DNA of 64,000 bases from Octopus vulgaris (Eukaryota): assembly GCA_951406725.2 (NCBI GenBank), contig OX597814.1:25544001-25608000 (forward strand). The letters run 5' to 3'. Made by a program: the position numbers and the translations under genes. The notes beneath the pieces are model-generated. The model did not search any database. It had not been told where the DNA came from and was given only the letters and a program-made list of their open reading frames with translations. Positions 13,350-27,019 of the stretch are shown one piece after another (positions within the stretch are counted from its first letter, which is position 1; every line of letters starts with the position of its first letter).

Positions 13350-13733
13350 GGAGCACTCCGTCAGTTACGATAACGCGGGTTCCAGTTGATCCGAATCAAC
13401 GGAACAGCCTGCTCGTGAAATTAACGTGTAAGTGGCTGAGCACTCCACAGACACCTGTACCCATAACATAGTTCTCGGGGATATTCAGCGTTACACAGAG
13501 AGTGACAAGGCCGGCCCTTTGAAATACAGATACAACAGAAACAGGAAGAAAGAGTGAGAGAAAGTTGTGGTGAAAGAGTACACCAGGGATCACCACCATC
13601 CCCTGCCGGAGCCTCGTGGAGCTTTAGGTGTCTTCGCTCAATAAACACTCACAACGCCCGATCTGGGAATCGAAACCGCGATCCTACGACCGCGAGTCCG
13701 CTACCCTAACCACTGGGCCATTGCACCTCCACA
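13350..13733 (-). mobile_element. tRNA-derived SINE family C with target-site duplication
   Basis: A box TGGCCCAGTGG, B box GTTTCGATTCC; TCTCATTCAAAT repeated at 13331 and 13734. Confidence 0.9.
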
Positions 13734-14229
13734 TCTCATTCAAATAACACTCTTTTGTCTTAAAAATAGAAAGACAAGGGATGATGCAGTCTTACATATG
13801 TTAATCCTTGAAATAAAACAAGATGGTCACAGCTTGAATATCTTTGATCACAATTCTGCTTTATCATGGTTGACCTGGTCTAAACAACAACAACACCTTT
13901 AATGATATTCCATAGTATATTATAAAGATTTGACTGAACCATTTTTCACAAATATAATAGAAATTGATTGGTGCCCCATTCTGTGTGTTACAAAATAATA
14001 TTTTATTATATTTTTCAAGTCTACATTTATTAACAATTAGTGTCTTTTATGCAGAATAACTCTTGTGGATTTTTCTTTTTGAATCTTGCTTTGGTCAATC
14101 AGTGTATTTATATATGGAAGCCAAGTTTAATAAATATTAAATTAGTAAAAATAAAACAAAGGATTCTTTGTTTTCTTGATTGTTCTTGATAATATTCAGT
14201 CATAAATTTAGTTTTGATAAAAAAAAAAG

Positions 14230-14658
14230 ACCCATTATTTCAGAATGAAAATCATGTATATGATAAGGAAAAATATCTATTAACTCATTCATTGCAAAGT
14301 AGACTCAGAATGTTTTCGTTTACGAATCTATAAAGAAAATTCTTGATCATATTCAATACAATATTCAGAAGAAAATGACTGCAATAGTGTAACTTTTTAC
14401 ATTATATTTCTTTCTTTACCAGTCTTCAAAGGATCTCTACCGTATTTCATTATAGTTAATAACCCCTTTATCAATATAAATGGTTTCTTTTCTTTCTTAT
14501 ATTTTTCATTTTCTCATATATCAGAGATTTTCTTGTTATTTTCAAATATATGGTATGGCTGTTTTTGATCTCAAGAATTATTGCAACTGAATACAATTCA
14601 AAATTGTTTGAATCTTGTTTGAAACAGGATATCCAATAAATGCAATTATTAGAATCAT
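14230..14658 (-). pseudogene. Copy B segment: C-terminal CNBD
   Basis: Pyrimidine tract plus AAG acceptor. NCIYWISCF resembles EIIGEINCL; SFEDW*RK resembles AFQGWTQEK. Confidence 0.45.
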
Positions 14659-15414
14659 CTTTTAGCAATGAAAAGAAGAAAACATGACACACAGATGTGT
14701 GAGTATATTTGTGTTTGTGTTTGGGTGTGTGTATATTCGTGCACCATTTAAATAAATAGTGTTTTAAGAAGTCTGAATTCCCTTCCAATTATTAGAGCCA
14801 AAGATTTGATATAACTGTGTTTAGTGCAATAATTCTTTGACTATACAAGCCACAAGCTTACTTTGTGACTCAACACTGAATAAATTTTCTTTGAACAGCA
14901 AGTAAGATTTACTTCCCTCATATAAAGCAGAGACTGATTGTTTGAAAACTTCAGATAAAATGACACTGAGAATTGGTTATCAAACTGAAACCTATTCAAA
15001 CTAGAACTGTAGTAAGAACATTAGTTTCACATTCTCAGGAAGAGTAAAAGACTGTGAAATAACGCTAAAGCAAGTGAGACTGTAGATTTACAATAACTCA
15101 AATATGAATCAGAAGAGATCTTCTCAGTTTCTACTAGTTAGTTTCTATTTAACTTTGGCATCATTTCTACAGCTTGATGCCTTTCCTAACACTAACCATT
15201 TCACAGTAGATTGGCTGCATTTTATCATGACAACAGCATGATATCATGTTCTTGGCAAATCCATTATTTAGAAATTTAATCAGTAATCCAGAAATAATAT
15301 GACAAAATCATCAAACTATTATCAATTTTCACTTCTGTATTTTGAATATTAATTCCAGTTAATATAGATATTAGACAATATAGATAATAATAGATTATAT
15401 AGATATTAAATATG

Positions 15415-15832
15415 GTTGTCTGGAAGGTGATCCTTTGCTTTTTTTAACCAAGATTCAAGGTACCTCGTCAGAGAGGATATGTAAGCATCCACAGTCATTT
15501 TAATATCTTCAATAATACCTGCCGAAATTATAATGCCTACTCTCCCTTATTGGCGTCTCAAGTGTTGGTGACGATCTCATGCATTTACAAGCCATCCTTT
15601 GCTCTGACCATCAGGTCCGTCAAAAGTAGCACGAATTTCATCTGTAAACAAAACTTTCATGTTATCTTCTGCCCATTTCAAACTATTTTGTATGTGTATT
15701 TTGTTTAAAGGGTGTCATTTTTAACTGATGTCACTGGTTTACAGACCTTTTTCAGGAGATGACATTGGGTAGTTGTGGACACAGTTGTTATGTCAATGCG
15801 CTAGAAAAGTCCTCCATTTGTAAGACCTGGGT
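15415..15832 (-). mobile_element. Tc1/Tc3-like transposase relic
   Basis: LKWAEDNMKVLFTDEIRATFDGPDG..RRQ. Confidence 0.75.
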
Positions 15833-15840
15833 TATATATA

Positions 15841-15871
<31 letters not shown>

Positions 15872-16095
15872 TATATATATGCATATATTACATAGATATA
15901 TGTGCATATACATATGTATATATGTATGTTTATATATATATATATATATATATATATGCATATATAGGTACAGGATGTCACAAAATGTAAACAACATGAA
16001 ATACGAAAACATGAAATATGAAGACATGTAACATAAAAACCCTTCATCAGTTGTCGGCTGTCCATCTACTCCTCATGTATGTATGTATGTATGTA

Positions 16096-16204
<109 letters not shown>

Positions 16205-16833
16205 TGAGATACACTCACACAGACAAATATGTGTGTATGCATGCATGTGAGAGTGGCAATGTAGTTACTGAATGATCAAAATAAAAAGTCATGAAGAAAT
16301 TGTGGTAGAGAACAAAATTCTAAACCGTTCCAAAGTTGCATACAAGTATAAATTGAAACCTTTGTATCATCATCATCATCATCATAATGATATAAAAAAT
16401 ATTCATGAAACCAGGCGATGTTCAAATATTTTTTAACTCTGTGTTGGTAAAAGATTACATGCACCAAAGTTTTAAACATTAATTGAGTCTCCCAAGTGAC
16501 TTTTTTTTTTTTGATGATCTGATTTAAAAATATAAGGTGACAAGTTCACACTGCACTCAGTGAAATATAAAATTAATTTTTTAAAACAAGTTTGGGTCTG
16601 GACTTTAATCTGTCATTAAATAATAATTGTGTCAGGAGGAAAGCTTGATTTCTTTTTCTTTTTTTTTTTTTTTGTAACAATTGATAATTAGCATTGCAAC
16701 GAAACCAGGAAAATTACTTTCAAAAGTCTCCAGATGGTTAATTTTAATAATTTAAAGTAGACGTAGAATCCATGCTGAAAGAAAAGTTACTGATATCAAA
16801 ATATCCATGCATACAAAAGCAAAGTCCATTACA

Positions 16834-17057
16834 CTTTTACTCTTTAACTCTTTTACTTGTTTCAGTCATTTGACTGTGGCCATGCTGGAGCACCACATTT
16901 AGTCGAGCAACTCGACCCCGGGACTTATTCTTTTGTAAGCCCAGAACTTATTCTATCGGTCTCTTTTGCCAAACTGTTAAGTAACGGGGACATAAATGCA
17001 CCAGCATTGGTTGTCAAGCAATGCTAGGGGGACAAACACAGACACACAAACGCACAC

Positions 17058-17096
<39 letters not shown>

Positions 17097-17263
17097 TACA
17101 ACGGGCTTCTTTCAGTTTCCATCTACCAAATCCACTCACAAGGCTTTGGTCGGCCCGAGGCTATAGTAGAAGACACTTGCCCAAGGTGCCACGCAGTGGG
17201 ATTGAACCCGGAACCATGTGGTTGGCAAACAAGCTACTTACCACACAGCCACTCCTGCGCCTA
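16834..17263 (-). mobile_element. SINE family A
   Basis: Reverse match to 12765-13150. Confidence 0.9.
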
Positions 17264-19172
17264 TGATGGGATTCGAAGGAGACTAGGTTGCAGTTTCTAT
17301 CTGGTCAAGTAACCATGTTGATGTTCCATTGCTGGCTCATGATCTGCAGTGTTTGTTGACTGATATCCTTTGGCTCAGTAAACCAAAACGTTTCTGATTT
17401 CATTACTTTTACAACAGAAATTTAAATGCCATGATCATTGGTATATTCTTCCTGAAAGTGAAAGCATATAACTGAAGATCTGAAGCTGACTATAGATAAC
17501 AACAGTTTTGTATGAATTAATAAATTCTGCACACGTAAATATATTTAGTATTGCTGTGACAATCATATGTTTTTGTTTTATTAATATTGACATTTCATAG
17601 ATTTAATTGATGCTGTATAAAAACAATTGTTCTCTTTCAGATTGCTATATTCAGCACTGGTTCTCCTCTGGTGCCAAACTCAGAAACTGAAAGCAATATA
17701 GCAAGTATTAAAGGAAAATGCTTGTTTTTATTGATCAACTCAACTGCTGAGAAGAGCTAAATATCTTAATGCTTTACTGCTTTATTCTCTGATGTGGAGA
17801 ACAGAGAAATGTGGTATTATTTATATTGATGGAACAAGCACATCCATTGGATCAGATATCACTATGTAGTGACAAAAGTAATGCCAGCTGAAGCCTGAAA
17901 CAGATGTTTAGAAATTATCATCATCATCATCATCATCATCTTGATTTAACATCCACTTTACCATTCTTGCATGAATCAGACAAAATCTGTTGAGGCAGAT
18001 TTTCTATGACCAGATGTTTTTTCCTGTTTCTAAACAAAGTCAAATTTATCAAAACGTATGAAGCCATCATATGCCTGGACCCTCATGCAAAGTACAGCAG
18101 CCTGTACATGTTGGTCACATTCTAATATTTGTACCATAAACAATGCTAAATGCTGACCATATTATCATGACTGAGGGGACACATGAGACACTAGAGATCC
18201 ATCTGAGCAAAGGGCTGTAGCAGTTACCAAACACTGTTTTCAGCCTAATGCTTGGGTAAGACCTGTGATTGCAGTTTGAGTTTGCATGTATTGGAAATGC
18301 TGCAATTATCCACTCTCCTCATATATAGAATACAGTCATGAAGATTAGGGCCATTTCTAAGCCATTTGTAGTTTCAACATTCATTTATGGTATGAACATA
18401 CACTTCCATGGCTTAAGCTTTGAGATAAGCATATGATTACAAGCAGAGTGAACCAAACAATATGATTTTAAATGTAGTCTTAAAAAAAAGTATATGATAT
18501 TCAAATATACAAGGTGTAAGCATGTAGACCTTTGGGAAAGATTAAGTAGTAAGGCCTGAATCTTGCCAGCATTACCTCAAGAATCAAAAAGAACAGCTGT
18601 ATCTTTAAAATTTCCTATTAACAAAATACAAAAATCAAAAAAAATTTGCAATGACATATATTTCATATCATCATATTAAAGATTAGTTTTACATGTGTGT
18701 ATGTATGCTTGTGTGTTTGTGTGTATATATATCATACACATATATATATCCATTCATATATATATGTGTATATTCATTTGAAAAATTATGATTTACTCAA
18801 TCACTTCACAGAGTCTCTTGCTACATAAATTTCTTCAGATAATGAAAAGATGAAAGAGTGAATGTGGTTATTCATTGCAGGAAAACAGGATATGTCATAT
18901 TATGTGTTTTCATAGCTAGAGCTTTAGTCAGCTGACAATGTTTTGGGAATGTTGCAACATCGTAAAATCAAGAACTGTCGACACTGAGTGGGTTTTTCTT
19001 ATAGAAATATTTTATTTTATTGTCTCCAAGAGAAGGTAATTGTTATTATGTGGGAATTAGTCAAGTATACAATGCAGTAATAAGTATGATACAGAGGAAA
19101 AATTACAGCTATGTTAGTGTTGCAGGATGTATGTGATGAATAACCATTATGGTTAGTGATAAGAATACTTAC

Positions 19173-19790
19173 CCATCCTGTTAGTAGGTATTTTTTTGTA
19201 TGATTACACAAGAAAAAGTATTTTGACATTTTGTTTTCACATCTTGAAAGATTGCTTTAAGATGCAGCATATTTTGGTCAGACGTTAATGAATCTCTTTG
19301 ATCCATGGGAATATTTCCAATTTGATTGGTATTGATAATGATTTTTAAATCATATTCCTGAAATATTCCTATTCATGCTTTCCCAAATATATCCATATGT
19401 TGAGCATTCATGTAATGTTAGTCTTTGCAATGCCGTTTTTGCTGTTGTAGATGTCTGTTCACCAAGTGAAATTGTCAACAATACTACCAAAAAACAAGTG
19501 AAGAAAAAATATACATCAACAAAGACTTCTTCCTACCTGGTTATAAAAATTCTTGAATAAAGTATGAGTAAAACAATAACAAATCTAATAATAATAATCA
19601 ATAAGGCTTCCCCTCGTTATAATGCAGCTTTCAAATAAAGTGGATTTTTTAAAGTGAAAAATTGAAGTTCATTGAACAATGTACACAAGATTACATTAAG
19701 GAAGAGAAAAAAGACTTCTTTATATATTTTAAATGTTTCCACAGTCATAGAAAAGATAGTTTCTAATCTTTGATAAATATAGACCTCATC
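19173..19790 (-). pseudogene. Copy B exon: S4, C-linker and CNBD start
   Basis: 618 nt, tttcag| to TGG|GTAAGT, after a 113-nt intron in matching phase. YLKAAL*RGEALLIII resembles ILKGYVQGEADIMTII; KTALQRLTLHECS resembles KTRQAIRTILNHS; EIFPWI resembles HIPWL; KYLLTG also occurs in copy A. Confidence 0.65.
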
Positions 19791-19903
19791 CTGAAACACA
19801 CAAAATTTTTAATAGAAATTAGAATCAAAAGTAACAGACATCTAAATAAAGAATAGGCTTCCAGATATTCTACCATAACCAAGCCCTTAAAATAAGACAT
19901 TAC

Positions 19904-20199
19904 CTAAATAGTTTGAAAGCAATTGAATGAATGTATTGCAAAGTGCATATCAAATATACTAAAATATATGGCTACTGTAAAAATAGATGTTATAGAAATA
20001 GAATGCTTGCAGGCAACAAGAAATCTTTCCAACATGTATAATATATATACATTCATTTAATATAAAGACAAAATATATTCTTCATCAATCTCTCAATATA
20101 TCAAGAGATTTAACTACAGAGAAAACAACAAAGTTCCAGTGATTTGGAGCATTGGAACAAAATGCTAAGCCATACATGAACAAATATAAGAAGTGAAAC
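19904..20199 (-). pseudogene. Copy B exon: voltage sensor S1-S3
   Basis: AG/GT-bounded 296 nt. HFVPML resembles NIVPII; MNVYILYMLE resembles TNYCFLTLYILE; FSIFD resembles WNIFE/WNKFD. Five in-frame stops. A weaker alternative alignment to NHE TM8-9 was also seen. Confidence 0.6.
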
Positions 20200-20391
20200 C
20201 TATGTATTGAAGAAAAGTATAATATATTAACAACTATGAGACAATATTTCCCCCATGACCAGACATTTTCAGAGAAAATTGAAAACAAAGGACACTGCTT
20301 GCATGTAGGTGACTCTTGTTTATAGTTATCATGCTATGTCAAAACATGGAGACATACATATATCTACACATATATATACATATATATGTGA

Positions 20392-20460
<69 letters not shown>

Positions 20461-20509
20461 GTTACGGCGTATTAAATTTGATGATTATTTAGGTCTCTTT
20501 TCTTCAGGA

Positions 20510-21359
20510 ACAGTTTGATGCATTGATAAGTATTCAATGGCATCAAAGTGCATAAAGACTAAAATTGTAGTTGAAAAAAATTAGCCGACATGGAGGACTG
20601 GAAGCCATCTGAATATTGGTAAAGAGTTACCTGTATCATGATGATTTGTGCCAGGTATCAAAATGCCCACATTATGACTACTGCTCAATGCTTTGGGAAC
20701 AGGATAACAGTTGTAAGATTTGACTTGGACAGCTGTAATGGAGACTATAAAGCCATGGCCAGCAGAAAGGAACACAGCCAGCATTCTGACTGCCTCTACA
20801 TGCCAGAATTCATCAAACAGCTGATAAACAGGGCCTTAAGTCAATTCAGATGGCTATGTAACACTGCTGGAGATTATAGCCAATCCCAAGCTGGGGAGGA
20901 CTGCTGCTTGAAGGCCATATGTGTGGCAGCAGGATTCGCCTCTTTACCATACCTCCAGAAAGAGTCATAGGTATTGTTAGAGAATTTCTACGACTTCACC
21001 AGACTCAATTTCAGGCCTCCTAAATTCAACGATTGTAATCCCATGGATTATTATGCATGGGGCACAACTGAGAAAGACACCAACTGCTGTGTCTCCCACA
21101 CCAAAGCTGAGCTGGTGATCAAGATCAAGAAGGTGTTTAAAGATCTTCCCAGGGACACAGTAAGCAATGAATGTACAAGGTTCTGGAGGTGTCTTGAGGG
21201 TGTGGTGGAAGCTGAGTGCAGCTACTTTCAATAATTTCTTATCTCCCAGCCATAACCTAGTTGATATTTTTGATTTTTCTAAAATACTTTCATTTTTGGA
21301 GTGAATATTGTTTTCTTTCCTTTTATTCAAATTGTTGAATTTAGCCTGAACACCCTGTA
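20510..21359 (+). mobile_element. Tc1/mariner (maT-like) relic
   Basis: DCNPMDYYAWG..RF..LEGVVEA; right terminus GAACACCCTG followed by TA. Confidence 0.8.
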
Positions 21360-21639
21360 TATACATGCATAAGTACATGCATATATATACGTGTGTGTGT
21401 ATGTGTGTGTGTGAAAGCCTTCTTTCTGTTTCAGTCTGTTATACATGTATACATATATACATCCACACACACACTCACATACATACACACACACACATAC
21501 ACACACATGCCCGTGCATGCACACATACACACACATGCCCGTGCATGCACACATACACACACACACGCACACATACCAAGATATGCAAACATGCAAAAAC
21601 ATATTTCTGTACCAATGCACACACATGCATATATGTATC

Positions 21640-21715
21640 TAGAGAGAGAGAGATAGAGAGAAAGAAAGAGAGAGAAAGAAAGAAAGAGAGAGAGAGAAAG
21701 AAAGAAAGAAAGAAA

Positions 21716-21793
<78 letters not shown>

Positions 21794-21800
21794 GAAAGGA
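21640..21800. repeat. (GA)n/(GAAA)n microsatellite
   Basis: Seen directly. Confidence 0.95.
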
Positions 21801-21832
21801 AGAATGTGCTAAATGTGCCTATATCTTCCTAC

Positions 21833-22570
21833 CTATATGTGATCAGATAATGTGAGGGAAATAGATGTTGCTTGTCAAGAGATGCAATCAATGTAGTCTT
21901 CCTCTTTTCACTCTCTTTATCTCATTTTATTGACAGCATTTTCTATAAGGCTATTTATTATATCATAATTAACTTAAGCACTTTTATTCACAGGGTGACT
22001 TTATTTCATTCATTAACGCTATTTGTTACCTTTGGGGCATATTTTCTCCCCAGTTTCGTCTTCTTTCGATGTTCTACTCTGAGTTTTTATTATTATTGTT
22101 TTCTTTCATATTCAATGGAAATCTATTTCAATTTCACTCTAATGTGATATGTCGATATCTCACTTATTCCTGTACTATCATTTCTTGTTTGTTTCAATAG
22201 ATGTTTTTCCTTCATTATGTTGCCTTCTTTCCTCTTATGTTATACCATTTTCTTCCTGATAATAACTCTTCTTTATAAAATCAATTTCTTATCTTCGTAG
22301 TTAATTTTCTTACTATTCTTTTATTCTTCATTTCTCTATCCATTTATATTTCTCATTCATTTTCATATTTCTTGTTATATTTTAACATTTTTGTTTTTTT
22401 CCCATTTTACATTTACCAAGTATCATCAATTATTAATGATTGTTGTTTTCTTTATGTCTTGATGTTGTTATTGGTCACTTTGTTGTATGGACAATTAGGG
22501 ATACTATTTAAACTTTTGTTTTACATACAGCCATTTGTGCATCTATGCACAGATCTTTAAAAGATTTTTT
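21833..22570 (-). pseudogene. Copy B segment: cytosolic helical domain
   Basis: GEKICPKGN resembles RKSVCPGCK; INSLIENAVNKM resembles FADMMEEARLRM. Ends at a TAG|GTAGGA donor. Confidence 0.45.
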
Positions 22571-22949
22571 TGAGGAAGACTATTAGTTGCCCCTGGTTAC
22601 AAATTTCCTCTCTCCATTCCACTAATCTTTACTCAAGAAAAGCTCACCAGCAAGGGCCATTACAGTATAATATCAGTTTTCATAGGTGTTGCCATCAGAA
22701 CATAAAGAACCCAAACAGATACCATAAGATACCTCACCAAATCTTCCTACAACTTCACTGATACAAGGCTTGGATTAGTAATTTTATTGACCTTGAAATG
22801 ATTATTACCGACTTCAGTGGTTTTTGAACTTAGAGTACAAATGGTTGAAACAAATATAGTGAGACATTTTATCAACCACTCTAACGTTTCTACCAATTTG
22901 ACACCTTTATCTTAGATACTAATAATTTAACTGTGAACTGTTAGCGCAA

Positions 22950-23300
22950 CCCATTACAAGTGAAGCAACTTTTACAAAGATTTTAGCTTATGGCTGTTAC
23001 AAAGTTTGTATTTATCATCATGCGTACTGTAAGTAGTTCAGCACATTAGCTGCAATGAAACCGAAACTCATTCTCTCATTTTTATTTTATCCATTTTATG
23101 TTAGTTTTCCCGAAGCATGATGGAATATTATTTTTCTTAATGAAGAAAATACTAATAATGCAAGTTGTCCCTCTTAAGGAAATAAAAATGGAGAAATGTT
23201 ATAAACAAAAGATGTTTATGAAAATAAAACCTATTTGCTTCCATAATTGGAAACTGGGCATAGCAAATATACATTTATGCAAATCATACTTATTTAATTT
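22950..23300 (-). pseudogene. Copy B segment: NHE TM11-TM13
   Basis: WKQIGF...ISLRGTTCIISIFFI resembles LSRIGY...GGLRGAVGLALALVV; LLT..MINTNFV resembles VLTLVINATTI. Confidence 0.6.
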
Positions 23301-23759
23301 CTTTCTTTCTTTATTTTTTTAATTTCATTTTCAATGTTATGAATTTTAGCTTCAAGCAAAAACTGACTGTTATTAAAATCATTTCCCGTTGTTGATATTA
23401 ACATACCAAAATTGCTACTGTCCTGCTATTCCTGCTATTGTCTTTACTGCTGGATTTGGATTTGGTAAATAGTTTTATGTCTTTAGGATATCAACAAAAT
23501 TGGTCTAAGATTTATTTTAATAGTCATGTATACTTGTAGTCATACAAACATATAACATGCATATATGCATGTACAGATACACATGCATATACATGTATAT
23601 GTGTATAAATGTAATGCATGTGTGTTTGTGTGTGTATACATATACATATATATATATATATATATACATACACACAAACACATACATATATATAAATAAT
23701 TCAATTATTTAAATAATATTTATCTCTATTATACAATGAATTACAAAAATGTGCATATC

Positions 23760-26432
23760 ATCACCATCATCATCATCACCCTTTAACATCTGCTTTCTAT
23801 GCTAGCAGGGGTTGGACGATTTGACTGAGGACAGGCGGACCAGATGGCTACACCAGGTTCAAATCTGATCTGGCAGACGCTTTTACAGCTGGATGCCTTT
23901 CCTAATGCCAATCACTCCGAAAGTGTAGTGGGTGCCTTTACATGCCACCAGCACGAGGGCCAATCAGGCAGTACTGGCAACGACCACGCTTAAATGGTGT
24001 TTTTTACATGCCACCTGCACAGGAGCCAGTCCAGAAGCACTGGCAACAATTTCACTCAAATGCTTTTTCATGTGCCACCAGCACATTTAAGTGCCACTGG
24101 CATGGAATCTAATCAGTTGCTCTAGCAACAATCATGCTTGGATGGTGCTCTTAGCGCTCAACTGGCACAGGTGCAAGTCATTGAATTTGATTCGATTTTG
24201 ATTTTACTTGCCTCAATGGGACTTCTCAAGCAGAGTTTAGTGTCCAATGAAGGAAAGGTATGCATAAGTGGGCTGGTTACACCCCTGGCATAGGCCACGA
24301 GGTTATGGTCTCACTTGGCTTGCTGGGTCTACTCACGCACTGCATATTTCCAAAGATCTTGGTCACAAGTCATTGCCTCGGTGAGGCCCAATATTCAAAG
24401 GTCATGCTTCACCCACCTCATCCCAGGTCTTCCTGGGTCTACCTCTTCCATAGGTTCCCCCAACCACTAGGGTGTGGCACTTTTTCACACAGCTCTCCTC
24501 ATCCATTCTTGCCTCATGACCATACCAGCACAATCGTCTCTCTTGCACACCACAGCTGATGCTTCTTAGGTCAAACATTTCTCTCAATGTACTTACACTC
24601 TGTCAAGTATGTAGACTGACATTACACATCTATCAGAGCATAGTGGCTTCATTCCTTGTGAGCTTACGCATGTCCTCGGCAGTCACAGTCCATGTTTCAC
24701 TGCCATGTAGCATGGCTGTTCATACACATGCGTCATACAGTCTACCTTTTACTGTGAGTGAGGAGCCCTTTATCACTAGCAGAGGTAAGAGCTCTCTGAA
24801 CTTTGCCCAGGCTATTCTTATTCTAGCAGCTACACTTTCAGCGCACAGTACAGAGGTTTATATTTCAACCAGGTACAGAGGTTTATCTTTGGCTAGGTAT
24901 TTCTCCTGCAGCTGTCTTAACAGAAATATAGCACCAGTGGTGCTTTTCCCTGGCATTAACCCAAACTGCATCTCATCTAAACTGATATTCTCCCTAATTA
25001 GTTGGGCTATGACCCTCTCTATGACCTTCATTACCTGATCCAACAACTTGATACCTCTGTAATTATTTGTATCTAAAGCGTCACCTTTACCTTTGTAGCA
25101 GTTAACTATGGTGCTGCTACACCAGTCATTGGGTATGACTCCTTTGTGTATCACCTGGTTAACTATATGGGTGACTAGGCTATAGCCAGCACCGCCAGAT
25201 ATTTTGAACATCTCTACAGTGATTCCTGATGGGTTGGAGGCTTTTCCTGTCTTCATACTCTTAATTGCTTTATCTACTAAGGCACTGTCAATTCGGATAG
25301 CTGGTCTCTCTGTTGGGTCGACATTCAGCAGACTCTCTTTCTCCCATTCATTTTCTTTATTGAGCAACCTTTCATAATGGCGTCTCCAAACCTCTCTCTT
25401 TGCAGCCTCGTTTAGTGCAAGTGAACCATCATCTATGCGGACACATTTCTTTCCTACCACATCATGAGTCTTTCTCACACACTGTCTTGCAACACAAAAT
25501 ACTTCAAGTCTTTGTTCCTCATGGCACAGAACATTGGCAAATTTTTACTTATCTGCTTGCCCTCTGGCAAAATAAACCTGTCTCCTAGCTTTCCTTCTGG
25601 CACTCTGAAACAATTCCCCACTACCACCGTTCTTCCTGTCCTTCCAGCCTGTTTCTTTTCTCTAATAGCCCTGTCAACAACATTATTCCACCACCACGTT
25701 ATTTTGGGTCAAGAGGGGACTTTGCACCATCAACAGATCTGGTCAGTGTTCCTCAGCAGGTTGTCCCATAGAAACCTCTAGTTGTCATCTACATCTTGTG
25801 AAGCTATATCCCCTTCTATTTCGTCAAAGGCTTCGAGTAATATGTCTCTAAATCTCTTTCCATTCACAGGATCTTTAAGCTTCCAGACCCTTCTCCTCAC
25901 TGGTCGTCTTCTGGGCATCCATTTAGCCCTGATCCTGAAGTCACTAACTACCAGTCTATGTTGTGGGGTACATTCTTCGCCTGGGAAGGTTTTGGCATTT
26001 ATAAGCAGCCATCTTTCCCTCTTTCTGGTGAGAATGTAGTCAATTTGGCTAGTGTGTCTGCCAGAACGGAAGGTGACTAGGTGACTGGCAGGTTTCCTGA
26101 AGTTCATATTGCAAACCATAAGACCATTTGCATCACAGAACTCCAGCAGCTTGGTTCCCTCCTATTTGTGGGAACCAAAACCGTAGCCTCCATGTATGCC
26201 ATGGAAGTCCAGCATGTCCATTGAAGTCAGCAGCCACAAAGAGAAGGTCGCTGTCATTCGTCAATGAGGTAGTCTGCAAGAAGGTGTCATAACATCGGTC
26301 TTTCTGTCCATCAGGTAGCCCTGGCTGAGGAACATAGGCCAAGGTAATGGTTGCTAACCCATGATGAAGCACTAATCTAATCTTAAGTATTCTGTTGAAT
26401 ACTCTGACTACCTCAATTACCTTATCAACCCA
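23760..26432 (-). mobile_element. RTE-clade LINE, internally deleted (APE, RT N-terminus, C-terminus, 3'UTR)
   Basis: SQIDYIL and QHRLVV (APE); YKGKGDALDTNNYRGIKLL..QFGLMPGKSTT (RT); RT core missing at the ~24860 junction; (GAT)n tail. Confidence 0.9.
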
Positions 26433-26707
26433 TAATGAGAATGAATACTCATTATTTATATGGAAGAGTTTATTTAATTACTTGCATTTGAGGTGTTATA
26501 CTGTTGATATGAAGACTGGGAATGGCAAATACAGTATATAGACTAGTAAGCCTAAGCTTCAAATAAGCACACACTCCCACACAAACACACATACACACAC
26601 ACACACATTCACTTATGTACATATTACGTATATATCATCATCAACACCATTTAACATCTGTTTTCTAAGATGGAATGAGTTGGATTGTTTCACAGGATTT
26701 GTATGTA

Positions 26708-26837
26708 TATTTGGCGTTAGAAAAGGCATCCAGCCGTAGAAACACTGCCAGATCAGACTGGGCCTGATGCAGCCTTCTGGCTTCACAGACCCCAGTTGAA
26801 CCGTTCAACCCATGCTAGCATGGAAAGTGGACGCTAA

Positions 26838-26870
<33 letters not shown>
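26708..26870 (+). mobile_element. RTE 3' terminal fragment with (GAT)n tail
   Basis: CCATGCTAGCATGGAAAG end motif. Confidence 0.8.
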
Positions 26871-27019
26871 TATGTATGTATGTATGTGCAGATTTATGTT
26901 TTATGTATGTATTCTCATGCATATAGTTGCATATCTGGATATGTTCACATACATTTAAATGATAAACTTCTGGAAAGTTGTACAAATTTTTACAGATGGG
27001 TTAGATCTGTAGTCTTTGA

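Noticed and set aside
13660-13733. tRNA genes (also 7800, 29350, 35205, 47795, 55540)
   Set aside because: A/B boxes lack a convincing acceptor stem and are fused to repeat bodies, so these are SINE or transposon heads.
17641-17760. Plus-strand exon candidates (also near 211, 11350 and 38928)
   Set aside because: Isolated acceptor-like sites with no coherent donor, frame or recognisable product.
19173-20199. Rescue of in-frame stops by A-to-I editing or readthrough to give a functional protein
   Set aside because: Editing would turn every stop into Trp at positions not expected to be Trp, and best-matching motifs switch frames, which editing cannot fix.
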